A DNA stretch of 64,000 nt. Origin: an uncultured Acetatifactor sp. (GTDB taxonomy: Bacteria > Bacillota > Clostridia > Lachnospirales > Lachnospiraceae). The notes under the pieces are model-generated. The model was not told where the DNA came from and made no database searches. It saw only the letters and a program-made list of their open reading frames with translations. This document shows positions 27,854-36,884 of this stretch, in pieces. The stretch lies in contig CAJUGL010000006.1 in NCBI GenBank assembly GCA_910586515.1, positions 23,758-87,757 on the forward strand, given 5' to 3'. Position numbers and translations under genes: made by a program. Position 1 is the first letter of the stretch, and every line of letters starts with the position of its first letter.

Positions 27854-28009
27854 GTCTTACGGTAACAGTTCAGACAGCCCCTCTCGCGAAGTCAAAATTG
27901 CGCTCTGTGCAATTTTGCGAGACTTGCGGGCGCCAAAACGCATTCTTTTCGCGTTTTGTGTGCATTCTCGTAACAGATCAGCGCCCTGTCTGAACTGTTA
28001 CGTCTTACG
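27854..28009. mobile_element. 140-bp MITE-like element (27862-28001) with perfect 16-bp terminal inverted repeats and an 8-bp target-site duplication
   Basis: The left TIR is GTAACAGTTCAGACAG (27862-27877). The right TIR CTGTCTGAACTGTTAC (27986-28001) is its exact reverse complement. GTCTTACG flanks both ends in direct orientation (27854-27861, 28002-28009). Two perfect internal hairpins are present (27893-27917, 9 bp; 27934-27958, 8 bp). There is no ORF. Confidence 0.7.
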
Positions 28010-28045
28010 ACTGACACGGTTCCTGCCGCGCAGTCCCTGCCGCAT

Positions 28046-28080
28046 ACAAAAAAAGCAAGCGACACCTTCATCACTTGCTT
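28046..28080 (-). terminator. intrinsic terminator insulating speD from upstream debris
   Basis: The minus strand reads AAGCAAG-tgatgaaggtgtcg-CTTGCTT followed by TTTTTGTATG. Confidence 0.5.
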
Positions 28081-28517
28081 AAAAAATCTCTGCCATTCTT
28101 TTTTGCCTCTGCCCCTTTCGGGAACAGTACATTGCGCAAACAACAGATATATGGTTTTTAGAGTCTATATAGCAAATATTTTACTTTTACTACTCTTATT
28201 GACCGTTTCACAAGTTAGATGTGCCTAAGCACCGGTTTATAGTCACCAACTTATAAAATTTGAGCTTTTAACTCAATCAATAAGGCAACACGGTTGCCAA
28301 AATATTTACATGGAAGACTCTGTCTCTCTGTTTTCCACACGCTTGTATTGCTTAATAAGGCCGCAGCCTGAATACATTCAGAGATTATACTCACACTGCT
28401 TACCACGCTCCGGCTGATCATGCCGAAAAGCTGATTCTACTATAGCATATCTGTTGTCCGTTCGTCAATCGCATTTTGTTCCAAATTTTTTGCTGTACTG
28501 CAATTATCCTATACATG

Positions 28518-28901
28518 TTATTCATACCTGCTTGCCTGCAGCTTAAACAGATGCGCATATACTCCTCCTTGTCTAAGCAGCTCTGAATGCGATCCCTGCT
28601 CAATAATCTGCCCATTGCTTATCACTAAAATCCTGTCTGCGAGTGTTGTGTTGGACAAGCGATGAGAAACCGTCACCAGGCTCTTGCCGTCACTGAGACG
28701 GTAAAGCTGCTCGAACATCTTATTTTCCGTTATCGGATCCAGTGCTGCCGACGGTTCATCAAGTATCATAAATTCCTTTTCAGCATACCATGCCCGGGCA
28801 TAGTTGATAAGCTGCCACTGGCCGCCTGACAGATCTTTGCCATCAGGGACATACCGGCACCCCAATCTTTTGTCACATAGCTTATAAACAGCCCCCACCA
28901 T
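28518..28901 (-). pseudogene. C-terminal fragment of an ABC exporter ATPase domain (5'-truncated)
   Basis: The ORF encodes only ...LGCRYVPDGKDLSGGQWQ (signature), FMILDEPSAALD (Walker B), VTVSHRL (H-loop) and the C-terminus. Walker A and the membrane domain are missing. Confidence 0.75.
28860..28888. repeat. 29-bp direct repeat, copy 1 (CCCCAATCTTTTGTCACATAGCTTATAAA)
   Basis: An identical 29-mer recurs at 31251-31279. Confidence 0.95.
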
Positions 28902-28970
28902 TACCAGGCCGTTCTGTCTCTCGCAATATGTCCAGACAAAAACTGGTATCAGAAGCAGCCGGAATGTTCC

Positions 28971-30737
28971 TCACCCAATCAGCACTTCCTTCCCCCGAAA
29001 CGCAAAACCATACTTTCGGATCCTATTCGTTGGAATGCCTTTCGCTTCCAGAGCTGCCGCATATTTCATGTCTTCAATCTGTTTCAATGCAGACTGTACC
29101 GTGTCTTCCAGCGTCCGCTCTCCCCCTTCCGGGTCATATACCTTGAATTCCATAATAATCGCATCTTTACCGCGACTATTTAATATTGCATCGTCACCCT
29201 GATTCTGCGGCTCCAGCATCACGTCATACCTGCCAAAACCGCTTTCTCTGTTGGAACTGACCATATATTGCCCACGCAGATCCACCAGCAGCCCCAGGAC
29301 GAAGCCATGGTAGAACCGCTCCGGCTCGTTCGCTTCGGATGGCCTGTTCCCGCTGTCAAAGAAACTGAAAGTATCCAGAGCCACCCGGTTCATGTAACGG
29401 TTCATCTCGCGGAGGTTGCCTTTCAGCAGGGCCTTCACGAACCCATTATAGGCGGGGGTGTATTCCTTGAACCACTCGTCGATCATTCCTTCAAACATGG
29501 ATTGAACTTCCCTGTTCGTCAGGGCCAGGTCATATTCCGGCCTTCCTCTTTCCATATCAAAGACGACCGAATCCACACGCAGATAGCCGCTGGCAAGGAG
29601 CAGGCTCCAGACGGCGCTATCCTTATAGTCCAGTTGATTGAAGACAACCTGCTCGTCCAATGCCGTATGATAGGCATCTCCCTTCAGAAGGCCCTCCATC
29701 GTCATCTTCACCTCCGGGCCGCTTCCGCGAATCAGCTTTCCTGCCAGACTGTTGGAACTGGTGTTCGCCCAGTAGGCATCCAGCTTACCCTTGTCCAGGA
29801 AGTTCAGGATGGACCAGGGATTGTAGATGTCCCGCCTGTCCCCAAAGACAAAGCCATCATACCAGCTCTTCACGTCCTGTTTCTTCCCACCCAGACCATA
29901 CTCCTCCAATGCGGCAAATACCTCTTTCTCTGTGAAGCCAAAGGAATCCGCATATTTATTGGACGTGGTAGTCACTACCTCCAGATTGTTCAGATCCGAG
30001 AACAGCGACTCCTTGCTTATCCTCGTAATCCCGGTCAGGATTGCCCTCTCCAGGTAAGGGTTCGTCTTGAACGCTGCATTGAACAATCCTTTCATGAAGT
30101 CCGACAATTCCGTCCAATAGCCGTTCAGATAGGCCTCCTGCATAGGCGTGTCATACTCGTCCAGCAGGATGATGACTTTCTTCCCATAGTAGCGCGACAG
30201 GTAATTGGATAGGGCATTCAGGGAATCGGCGGCCATATAGTCTTCCATTTCCACTGATATCTCCTGCCATGTGCCCTTTTCGTCCTGGTTCAGACAGTCG
30301 CTGTCGGCCAGGAAAGCATATTTATTATACAGATTTTTGATAATCAGGCATATCTTCTTCCTTGCGTTGGTAAAGTCCGTTTCTTTCACCTTGGCAAAGG
30401 ACAGACTGATGACGGGATAGGTCCCCTGCAGCTGTCTGTACTTATAAGCCACTTCCGGAAGACTTTCCTCTCCCGGAGAATCATCCCTGTCAGTTCTGTC
30501 CTGCCAGATGGAAAACCCTTTGAAAAGTTCCCCTCCGCCTGAATATTCTACAGAGAAAAAGTGCTCCACCATACTCATGTTAAGGGTCTTGCCGAAACGT
30601 CTCGGCCGGGTGATCAGGGTGACTATGTCATTGTTTTCCCACCACTCCTTTATAAACAGGGTCTTGTCAATGTAAAAACAACCTGACCGGATCAACTGCC
30701 CGAAATCCTGATGTCCGATACCTACTGTCCTTGCCAT
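28971..30737 (-). CDS. AAA-ATPase-like / PD-(D/E)XK nuclease family protein (PF09820 + PF08011 type)
   Basis: 588 aa. The N-terminus [28 protein letters not shown]...[21 protein letters not shown] is the characteristic predicted-AAA-ATPase block. The C-terminal GRYDVMLEP...IIMEFK matches the PDDEXK_9 type. Confidence 0.8.
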   Translation of the reverse strand: MARTVGIGHQDFGQLIRSGCFYIDKTLFIKEWWENNDIVTLITRPRRFGKTLNMSMVEHFFSVEYSGGGELFKGFSIWQDRTDRDDSPGEESLPEVAYKYRQLQGTYPVISLSFAKVKETDFTNARKKICLIIKNLYNKYAFLADSDCLNQDEKGTWQEISVEMEDYMAADSLNALSNYLSRYYGKKVIILLDEYDTPMQEAYLNGYWTELSDFMKGLFNAAFKTNPYLERAILTGITRISKESLFSDLNNLEVVTTTSNKYADSFGFTEKEVFAALEEYGLGGKKQDVKSWYDGFVFGDRRDIYNPWSILNFLDKGKLDAYWANTSSNSLAGKLIRGSGPEVKMTMEGLLKGDAYHTALDEQVVFNQLDYKDSAVWSLLLASGYLRVDSVVFDMERGRPEYDLALTNREVQSMFEGMIDEWFKEYTPAYNGFVKALLKGNLREMNRYMNRVALDTFSFFDSGNRPSEANEPERFYHGFVLGLLVDLRGQYMVSSNRESGFGRYDVMLEPQNQGDDAILNSRGKDAIIMEFKVYDPEGGERTLEDTVQSALKQIEDMKYAAALEAKGIPTNRIRKYGFAFRGKEVLIG

Positions 30738-30871
30738 GGTGATACCTCCCGGAAAACATTTGCCATGTCTGCATTGTCCTCATGGAGCTGCCGCAGAACT
30801 CCATAAGACTTGATTCTATGGTTCTATTTTAAGGGATTCCCAGGAAAAGTCAATGGAGAATTCGCTGCTCA

Positions 30872-31340
30872 TTACAATACCCTTCCGTCCCGCATTTGTA
30901 TCCTTTTCTTTGCATAAGCAGCCATCTCCGGCGAATGCGTTACCATAATGATCGTCATGCCCTGACACGCTCCTTTTTCCTGATACCGGCATATCCAAGC
31001 GGCATACAGACATTGTCCAAAACGCTGATTTCATTCACCAGATTGAACGCTTGAAATACAAAGCCAATTTGGATAGGAAATATCCCGTCCGCTGTACTCC
31101 TCTTTCTTGATTTTATAATCTTCAACTGTTATTTGATCGCCTATATGCAGCCCGCCGTATTTTTCAGAAAGCGACTGCTCAACTAAACATATATTTGCTT
31201 CAGTAAACAGCTCTAACGATCCGTCGATGATCTTACAGTTTTCAAATTGGCCCCAATCTTTTGTCACATAGCTTATAAATCCATCTTTCGTCACGATATG
31301 CCAGGCCGGAAGGACGGAGGAATTTGCCCTTTCCGTTTCC
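30872..31340 (-). pseudogene. scrambled remnants of a MacB/LolD-type ABC system (FtsX-like periplasmic domain piece and two ATPase pieces)
   Basis: My translations give three pieces. One is ...CKIIDGSLELFTEANICLVEQSLSEKYGGLHIGDQITV (MacB periplasmic-core-like). The second is GFVFQAFNLVNEISVLDNVCMPLGYAGIRKKERVRA* (Q-loop region, 30955-31065). The third is GMTIIMVTHSPEMAAYAKKRIQMRDGRVL* (H-loop to C-terminus, 30872-30961). They are in different frames, and the signature and Walker B are missing. Confidence 0.65.
31251..31279. repeat. 29-bp direct repeat, copy 2
   Basis: Identical to 28860-28888 and 2391 bp away from it. Confidence 0.95.
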
Positions 31341-31450
31341 TAACTGTCCCACTTGCCTTATTTCATTTTCCAGAAAGTCATATTCTCTTAAGCAATTGCC
31401 GCCCAGTATTTCTATGTAAAACAGCCCTACTCCATAACAGCATTGAAACA

Positions 31451-32575
31451 CTACCAAACCTCTTCCGTTACATCAAGATTTGAAACAGACGTTAAATACC
31501 CTATTAAAATCTCTTTTTCTCTTCTTTTGATCTCAACCAAATTATCCATTATGCTTACCAACACATTATCTAATACCTGACCCATTACTACTTTTCCAAC
31601 CAGCTTTATATACAGCATACGTATCATTTTACTTCGTCTAACCACCTCAATTCTATAATCTATAACATACTTTTCTAATATTTTCTCCAAACCATTCTTT
31701 TCCACAAAATAGCTTAATCGCTTCTCCATTCCTTCATAGAAACTCCATAACATATTTATAGCTGGCTGTTGGTTTGCAAACTGATCATAAATAGTTCCAT
31801 TATGAGTCATTACCTGCAACATATTAAGATACTGTATCAATACTTCCACAATATTAACCCCAAATGCTATTCTGGACTCTTTACTTTCTATCATATAAAG
31901 ACGATGCCCATAATACAAGGTATATGGCATTTTGCCTTTTATATATTGTTCCAGTTTTTCAATAAAATAATCATTTCTGTATGGATATTCTTTATCATGG
32001 GCCACTAAATCCATCGTTATGAACATATATTCCTGCCATCCTGACCCATTCCGAATATGCTTAATAGCATCGCCAAAACTTTTCTTCACCTCATCATAGG
32101 TAATTTCAAAACACTGGTATAAATTGTCTAAATACCCATAACATTTATAACGTTTTACCTCATCATCATATCCATAAAATAAAATTTCATGTATATAATG
32201 TTTTTTATGGTAATACTGCTGAAAACAACTTAATTCGTTAAAATCCAGAAAAAGCACACAATAATACTCTTTAAAAATCTCTTTCCTTAACACTTCATTT
32301 ATATCTTCTATTTGCTCACAAAACTCAACATTTACACTATTAATTCTCATAATCTTACTGTATACATTAGAATCGGACCCATATACAAAAGAATCATCAA
32401 TAGTGCATGTTAAACATGTCGGTCCATCAAGCATAATGATAGGCAACATATAATTTACATAATACCAATTATGAAACTTCTTCTCTCCCATAATTGCTGC
32501 AATTGGGAAACAAACAAATTGGGGCCCAATAAAGTTATTATTTACGGATAATTCCATTACAAATTTCTTCTCCAT
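31451..32575 (-). CDS. hypothetical protein, 374 aa (possibly BtrH_N/DUF4872-like; weak recollection)
   Basis: Start chosen at MEKKFVMELS (ATG 32573-32575, GAGGAA about 5 nt upstream). An extended -10 (TGATATAAT) lies on the minus strand at about 32750. The gene is very AT-rich and has no signal peptide or TM segment. Confidence 0.6.
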   Translation of the reverse strand: MEKKFVMELSVNNNFIGPQFVCFPIAAIMGEKKFHNWYYVNYMLPIIMLDGPTCLTCTIDDSFVYGSDSNVYSKIMRINSVNVEFCEQIEDINEVLRKEIFKEYYCVLFLDFNELSCFQQYYHKKHYIHEILFYGYDDEVKRYKCYGYLDNLYQCFEITYDEVKKSFGDAIKHIRNGSGWQEYMFITMDLVAHDKEYPYRNDYFIEKLEQYIKGKMPYTLYYGHRLYMIESKESRIAFGVNIVEVLIQYLNMLQVMTHNGTIYDQFANQQPAINMLWSFYEGMEKRLSYFVEKNGLEKILEKYVIDYRIEVVRRSKMIRMLYIKLVGKVVMGQVLDNVLVSIMDNLVEIKRREKEILIGYLTSVSNLDVTEEVW

Positions 32576-32857
32576 TATTTCCTCATTCCTGCAATATGTG
32601 CTCATGTCCATAAGACTCAATAAAATATATAAGAAGAAAGCACATCCCTCATGCAAAATATGCTGCGCTTTTCTTTCTGCCAAAGGCATTCTTCTTTACG
32701 TCACATTCAATTACAGCTAAACACACTTACTTCTAATCTCAACCGCACTCGTCTATTATATCAGAAAACTCTCTATAAAATCGAAAAATTACGGACTTTA
32801 CAGACCCTTTATAAGTCTGAAGTTCACTGGTTAAGAAATAAGATAGAAGCACATTGT

Positions 32858-34621
32858 TCATTGGTAACTTGCCGCCTGGGCATCCCACATTTCCCTGTAT
32901 AAACCGTTTCGGCTCAACAGTTCTTCATGTGTGCCGTCTTCTACAATCCGGCCTCCGCTCATCACCAAAATACGATCTGCCAGTCTGGCCGAACCTAATC
33001 TGTGGGAAATGATGACTGCAGTTTTCCCCTTCGCCATTCTCAGAAAATTCCGATACACGGTATATTCTTCAACCGGGTCTATTGCTGCCGTAGGTTCATC
33101 CAGAACAATGATTTCATGACTGCGGTATCGCCCTCTGGCAATGGCTACCTGCTGCCACATACCACCGGAAAGATCAATGCCGCCGAACTCCCTGGAAAGC
33201 ATGACTACATTGCAACCGTCTACCAGTCCTCTGTCCAGTGAAGTGCTCTCCAATACAGTCTTTGGGTTTTCCTCACTTTCACGTTCGCTGATTTTTACAT
33301 TATCGGATAAAGTCATCTGGTATCTGACAAAATTCTGAAAAACGGCCGACATGCACTTCCGGCAGCTTTTATACCATGTATCTTCTGCCTTTACTCCTCC
33401 GATTTCAATTCGTCCCTCCCCGGTAGGGTACAGGCCTAAAATCAATTTTGCCAAAGTAGATTTTCCTGCGCCGTTTTCCCCCACAACTGCCACATACTGT
33501 CCCGGCTGGATATGAATATTAATATCCTTTATGGACATAGCGGATGCATTTGGATAGGAAAAGGATACATGATCCAGAACAATCCCTCTCTGCAAATCAA
33601 GCTCTTTTCCTTCCTCTCTTCCGCTTTTCCTTCTTCGTTCAAGAAAACTCACATAATTTTCAACTGCAGGCAAATTGCTGACGGTACTTCCTATAAATCC
33701 GCACACCAGAGCAAACATCATGTCAAACAAATTGTTCAGTGAGTTATAGACCGCAGCAAAAGCTCCTACGGATATAGTGCCCTGCAGCACGCTGGCCACA
33801 AGAAGAATCAACGCTGCAAGATATCCGGTAAGTCCTACTGTATTGTCAATCGTCTCCAACAAAGTGGTTTGTTTTTTTACTTTTCTTTCTTCCCTTCTCA
33901 AGCGTTCCCATTCTGCAGCAACTCTGCCATAGAAATAATTGCCTGCTCCCAAAATTCGTGTTTCTTTTAAAAACTGCCTGCCTATGATGCAATCTTTAAA
34001 AGCATAATAACGTCTTCTGACAGGAGCTGCCGTATCTTCGAGCTTTGTGTAAATCCCTCTCTGCATATATAAAGTAAAAACAGCCGGAAGAAATGCCGCG
34101 ATTATGCACAGCAGCAGCCAGGAATTCAGAGAAGACACATAAAAACACATAAAAATAACATATGGCGGAACCATGTCGATTATGCCGATGATATGAAAGA
34201 TAAATACATGGGCAACATTTCTTCCCGCCTCGGCCTTCTGTATTTCATCCAATGTCTCGCTGTGTTCAAATTCTATCGGCGACAAATCAGAGACAGCCCT
34301 GTTGTATTCAAATCTGAATTTTTCATTACATATTTCCCGGTATTCGTCCAGAATATAGTTAAAAAGGGTGTTAAAAATCTGGTATCCGATAATCCCTGCC
34401 ACATACAGCGATATCCATAAAATAAGGCTTTCTCCAACCTCTCCTTTAGACACAGAAGCAATCAGGGCATCCACAAACCTGGACAGCAATAACGTATTCA
34501 CTGCCAGTACCGCTGATTGTGCAATTCCAAAGAAATTTATCAGAAAAAAACGCACAGGCGCCACTTTAACTGCAATAGGAAGCATCACCCGAATCGTATG
34601 TGCTATTGTTATTTTTTTCAT
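32858..34621 (-). CDS. ABC exporter, fused permease/ATPase (type I exporter half-transporter)
   Basis: The ATG at 34619-34621 overlaps the upstream stop (ATGA); the ORF track uses GTG at 34630. It has a 6-TM N-domain, Walker A GENGAGKST, signature LSGGMWQQ and Walker B IIVLDEPTAAID. Confidence 0.85.
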   Translation of the reverse strand: MKKITIAHTIRVMLPIAVKVAPVRFFLINFFGIAQSAVLAVNTLLLSRFVDALIASVSKGEVGESLILWISLYVAGIIGYQIFNTLFNYILDEYREICNEKFRFEYNRAVSDLSPIEFEHSETLDEIQKAEAGRNVAHVFIFHIIGIIDMVPPYVIFMCFYVSSLNSWLLLCIIAAFLPAVFTLYMQRGIYTKLEDTAAPVRRRYYAFKDCIIGRQFLKETRILGAGNYFYGRVAAEWERLRREERKVKKQTTLLETIDNTVGLTGYLAALILLVASVLQGTISVGAFAAVYNSLNNLFDMMFALVCGFIGSTVSNLPAVENYVSFLERRRKSGREEGKELDLQRGIVLDHVSFSYPNASAMSIKDINIHIQPGQYVAVVGENGAGKSTLAKLILGLYPTGEGRIEIGGVKAEDTWYKSCRKCMSAVFQNFVRYQMTLSDNVKISERESEENPKTVLESTSLDRGLVDGCNVVMLSREFGGIDLSGGMWQQVAIARGRYRSHEIIVLDEPTAAIDPVEEYTVYRNFLRMAKGKTAVIISHRLGSARLADRILVMSGGRIVEDGTHEELLSRNGLYREMWDAQAASYQ

Positions 34622-36468
34622 ATGTACCACTCCCTCTGTTTATCAAACATCATTCTATATGTTCCATTGCGCTCCATGAGGGATTCATGACTTCCGGTTT
34701 CCTTTACCCTGCCGTCTTCTATTACAAAAATACAGTCGCATGCTGCTGTAGCACCAAGCCTATGGGTAATCATGATTGTCGTCCTGTCACAGTATGCCTT
34801 GGAAAATTGCTGGTACACCTTCTGTTCCTGTACAGGATCCACCGCCGCTGTCGGCTCGTCCAGAATCTTGACTGGTGATGCATTATAGTGCATTCTTGCC
34901 ATGGCAACTCTCTGCCACTCGCCTCCGGATAAATCCACAGATTCGTCTAAGACTTTTCCCAATGCCGTCTCCAAACCTCTGGGCAGCTTTTTCACGACAT
35001 GCTCCAGTCCGGCTTCTGACACAGCCCGATCTACCCTGTCTGCATCTTTCTTTCCCATACATCCTCCCAAGGCAATATTGTCCGCCAAAGATACAGGATA
35101 TCTTGCGTAATCCTGAAAAAGAACCGAGAAAATCCTCCAGATATGTCCTGTTTCATATTCCCTGATATTTCTACTATTCAATAAAATCTCCCCTTTGTCC
35201 GGCTCATACAGTCTCAGGATCAATTTTACAACCGTAGACTTCCCGCATCCGTTTTTGCCGGCAAATGCATAATGCATCCCTTTCTTCACCTGAAAAGACA
35301 TATTCTTCAGCACCTCTTTGTCCGTGCCCGGATAACGGAAGCTGACATCTCTAAATTCCAGAGATTCAAAAGTCAACTCTTGGCCCCAAAATGCAACGTC
35401 ATCATCTGTCCCTCCACAACCTCTCTCTCCGGAAACTCCACCCTTCTTTACAACAGTCTCTTGAAGTACATCTGTATAAAGCGGCATTTCCATCACAGTG
35501 TTAAAGTCCCCAAGCATCATTTTGCTCCTGGACAACTCCTTTATTCTATTCGGAAACTGCCACGTAACCATCTGTATCATTGACATAAATGCTGTCACCA
35601 GAGAAACGAACAGCCCTACGGAAGTCTCCCCTTGCATCACCGCCGGCAGCAACAGCAAGAGCACAATAATAGAAATGCCGGCTGCTGCATATCCTCCTAT
35701 ATTCATTCCCATAAACCACAAAAAACGAGCCTTTTGCTCTTTCTTTCTCGCCTGACGGCTTGCCGCAAGAAATTCTTTGTTTACTGCTTCACTGTAACCA
35801 AAAAGAGTCCTCTCATTTACCGCATCACGATTTCCCAATATTTTTTCATAATAATCTGCTTTTCTTCGACAGGCCGTCACCTCGGCATGGACATTGTACT
35901 GCCGCTCACCGCCTCTCAATGCATAGAATCCAAAAACCGTCAACACAGCAATAATTACAAAAGACACCCATACTGGCATCTGAAACACCAGAATCGATAC
36001 CAAGCTCATATTTGAAATGAGGAAAACTGCCAGCTCCAAATAACCTTCCATAATTCCTGACAATATTCCCTCCGGGTCACCCGCTATGCGGGAAAAAATA
36101 TCCTGGGCGGAATCATCCTCTATATAGGAATACTGCAGACACGCTACCCTCTCCGTAATCATTTGATCAACCGCTGGATACGTTTTTTCACGCTGAATAA
36201 GTCGGAAAAGGGAATACCAATTGTTTCCAAGCCTCTGAACCAGCTGGACAAGCGCCAGTAAAACTGCGCTGCAGACTGCAGGCCTTACTCCCAGAGTTGC
36301 CGCCGCCAATGCTCTATCTACAAACTGCGCCCCCAGCAGCACTGCCGCAAAGGGCAGCATTGAAAACATGCTCTTGAGCAAAAGCATGGCAAGCGTTGCC
36401 CATAGCGCATGTTTAAAGAAAAAGAAAAACACTCCCCTGATAGTAAATCTCTTATCTCTTCCTCCCAT
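34618..36468 (-). CDS. ABC exporter, fused permease/ATPase (probable heterodimer partner of 32858..34621)
   Basis: 616 aa with RBS GAGAGG. It has Walker A GKNGCGKST, signature LSGGEWQR and Walker B KILDEPTAAVD. It is translationally coupled to the next gene. Confidence 0.85.
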   Translation of the reverse strand: MGGRDKRFTIRGVFFFFFKHALWATLAMLLLKSMFSMLPFAAVLLGAQFVDRALAAATLGVRPAVCSAVLLALVQLVQRLGNNWYSLFRLIQREKTYPAVDQMITERVACLQYSYIEDDSAQDIFSRIAGDPEGILSGIMEGYLELAVFLISNMSLVSILVFQMPVWVSFVIIAVLTVFGFYALRGGERQYNVHAEVTACRRKADYYEKILGNRDAVNERTLFGYSEAVNKEFLAASRQARKKEQKARFLWFMGMNIGGYAAAGISIIVLLLLLPAVMQGETSVGLFVSLVTAFMSMIQMVTWQFPNRIKELSRSKMMLGDFNTVMEMPLYTDVLQETVVKKGGVSGERGCGGTDDDVAFWGQELTFESLEFRDVSFRYPGTDKEVLKNMSFQVKKGMHYAFAGKNGCGKSTVVKLILRLYEPDKGEILLNSRNIREYETGHIWRIFSVLFQDYARYPVSLADNIALGGCMGKKDADRVDRAVSEAGLEHVVKKLPRGLETALGKVLDESVDLSGGEWQRVAMARMHYNASPVKILDEPTAAVDPVQEQKVYQQFSKAYCDRTTIMITHRLGATAACDCIFVIEDGRVKETGSHESLMERNGTYRMMFDKQREWYI

Positions 36469-36485
36469 TTCTAACCTCTCTCGTT

Positions 36486-36880
36486 TTACACATAATCATC
36501 TGTATATTCTACAGGAAACTTCAAACCTTCAGGAACCTGTCTGCTCTCATAGTGTAGATTTCGCATCTGCAGCAAACGACTATTCCCAAATTCCAGAAAG
36601 TGCAGAATGCCTTCTTCAACATAAGAACAATTAGGCGATAATGCAGACACACCCTGGATTTTATGCAAGTTCGTACAGACCGGACGCTTGGATAACCGCA
36701 CAGTAAGAAGAATCCTCCTCAAATAGATCAAATGTATTTGCATAATACCCCCTGGCATTTTCTTCCCAATAACTGTTCGTTAATATGGTTACAACTCCAT
36801 CTTCACACACCGGAATATCCGTTTAGAACGTACTCTCACCTCCAGGCAATTCGTCCAGGGCATATTCGCTCTGGTATTCA
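36486..36880 (-). pseudogene. frameshifted remnant of an unidentified ~130-aa gene
   Basis: Three consecutive protein-like reading segments sit in three frames: FEYQSEYALDELPGGESTF*; TDIPVCEDGVVTILTNSYWEENARGYYANTFDLFEEDSSYCAVIQASGLYELA*; ...VEEGILHFLEFGNSRLLQMRNLHYESRQVPEGLKFPVEYTDDYV*. G+C is higher than in the neighbouring genes. Confidence 0.4.
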
Positions 36881-36884
36881 AAAC

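Noticed and set aside
28150-28180. GGTTTTTAGAGTCTATATAGC resembles the start of a type II CRISPR repeat or tracrRNA anti-repeat (GTTTTAGAGCTA...)
   Set aside because: It is a single occurrence with no repeat-spacer structure and no cas9 nearby. The similarity is short and most likely chance in AT-rich non-coding DNA.
31242-31457. 71-aa ORF as an independent gene
   Set aside because: It has no RBS and starts at the stop of the upstream gene. It is best treated as gene debris, either an ABC ATPase Q-loop region or an out-of-frame reading of a MacB-type fragment. See the 29-bp repeat finding.
32739-32861. 40-codon ORF (MNNVLLSYFLTSELQTYKGSVKSVIFRFYREFSDIIDECG) whose ATG overlaps the exporter stop (ATGA)
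   Set aside because: The overlap is suggestive of coupling, but the ORF contains the predicted promoter of the next gene, has no independent support, and is short enough to arise by chance. It is worth a look only if conserved in syntenic loci.
36486-36758. 90-aa ORF, or its 26-aa tail MRNLHYESRQVPEGLKFPVEYTDDYV, and an alternative-frame Cys-rich 33-mer (MLKKAFCTFWNLGIVVCCRCEIYTMRADRFLKV), as precursor peptides for the exporter/protease island
   Set aside because: None has a plausible RBS. The region reads better as three consecutive frames of one decayed gene. There is no leader-like or double-Gly motif.
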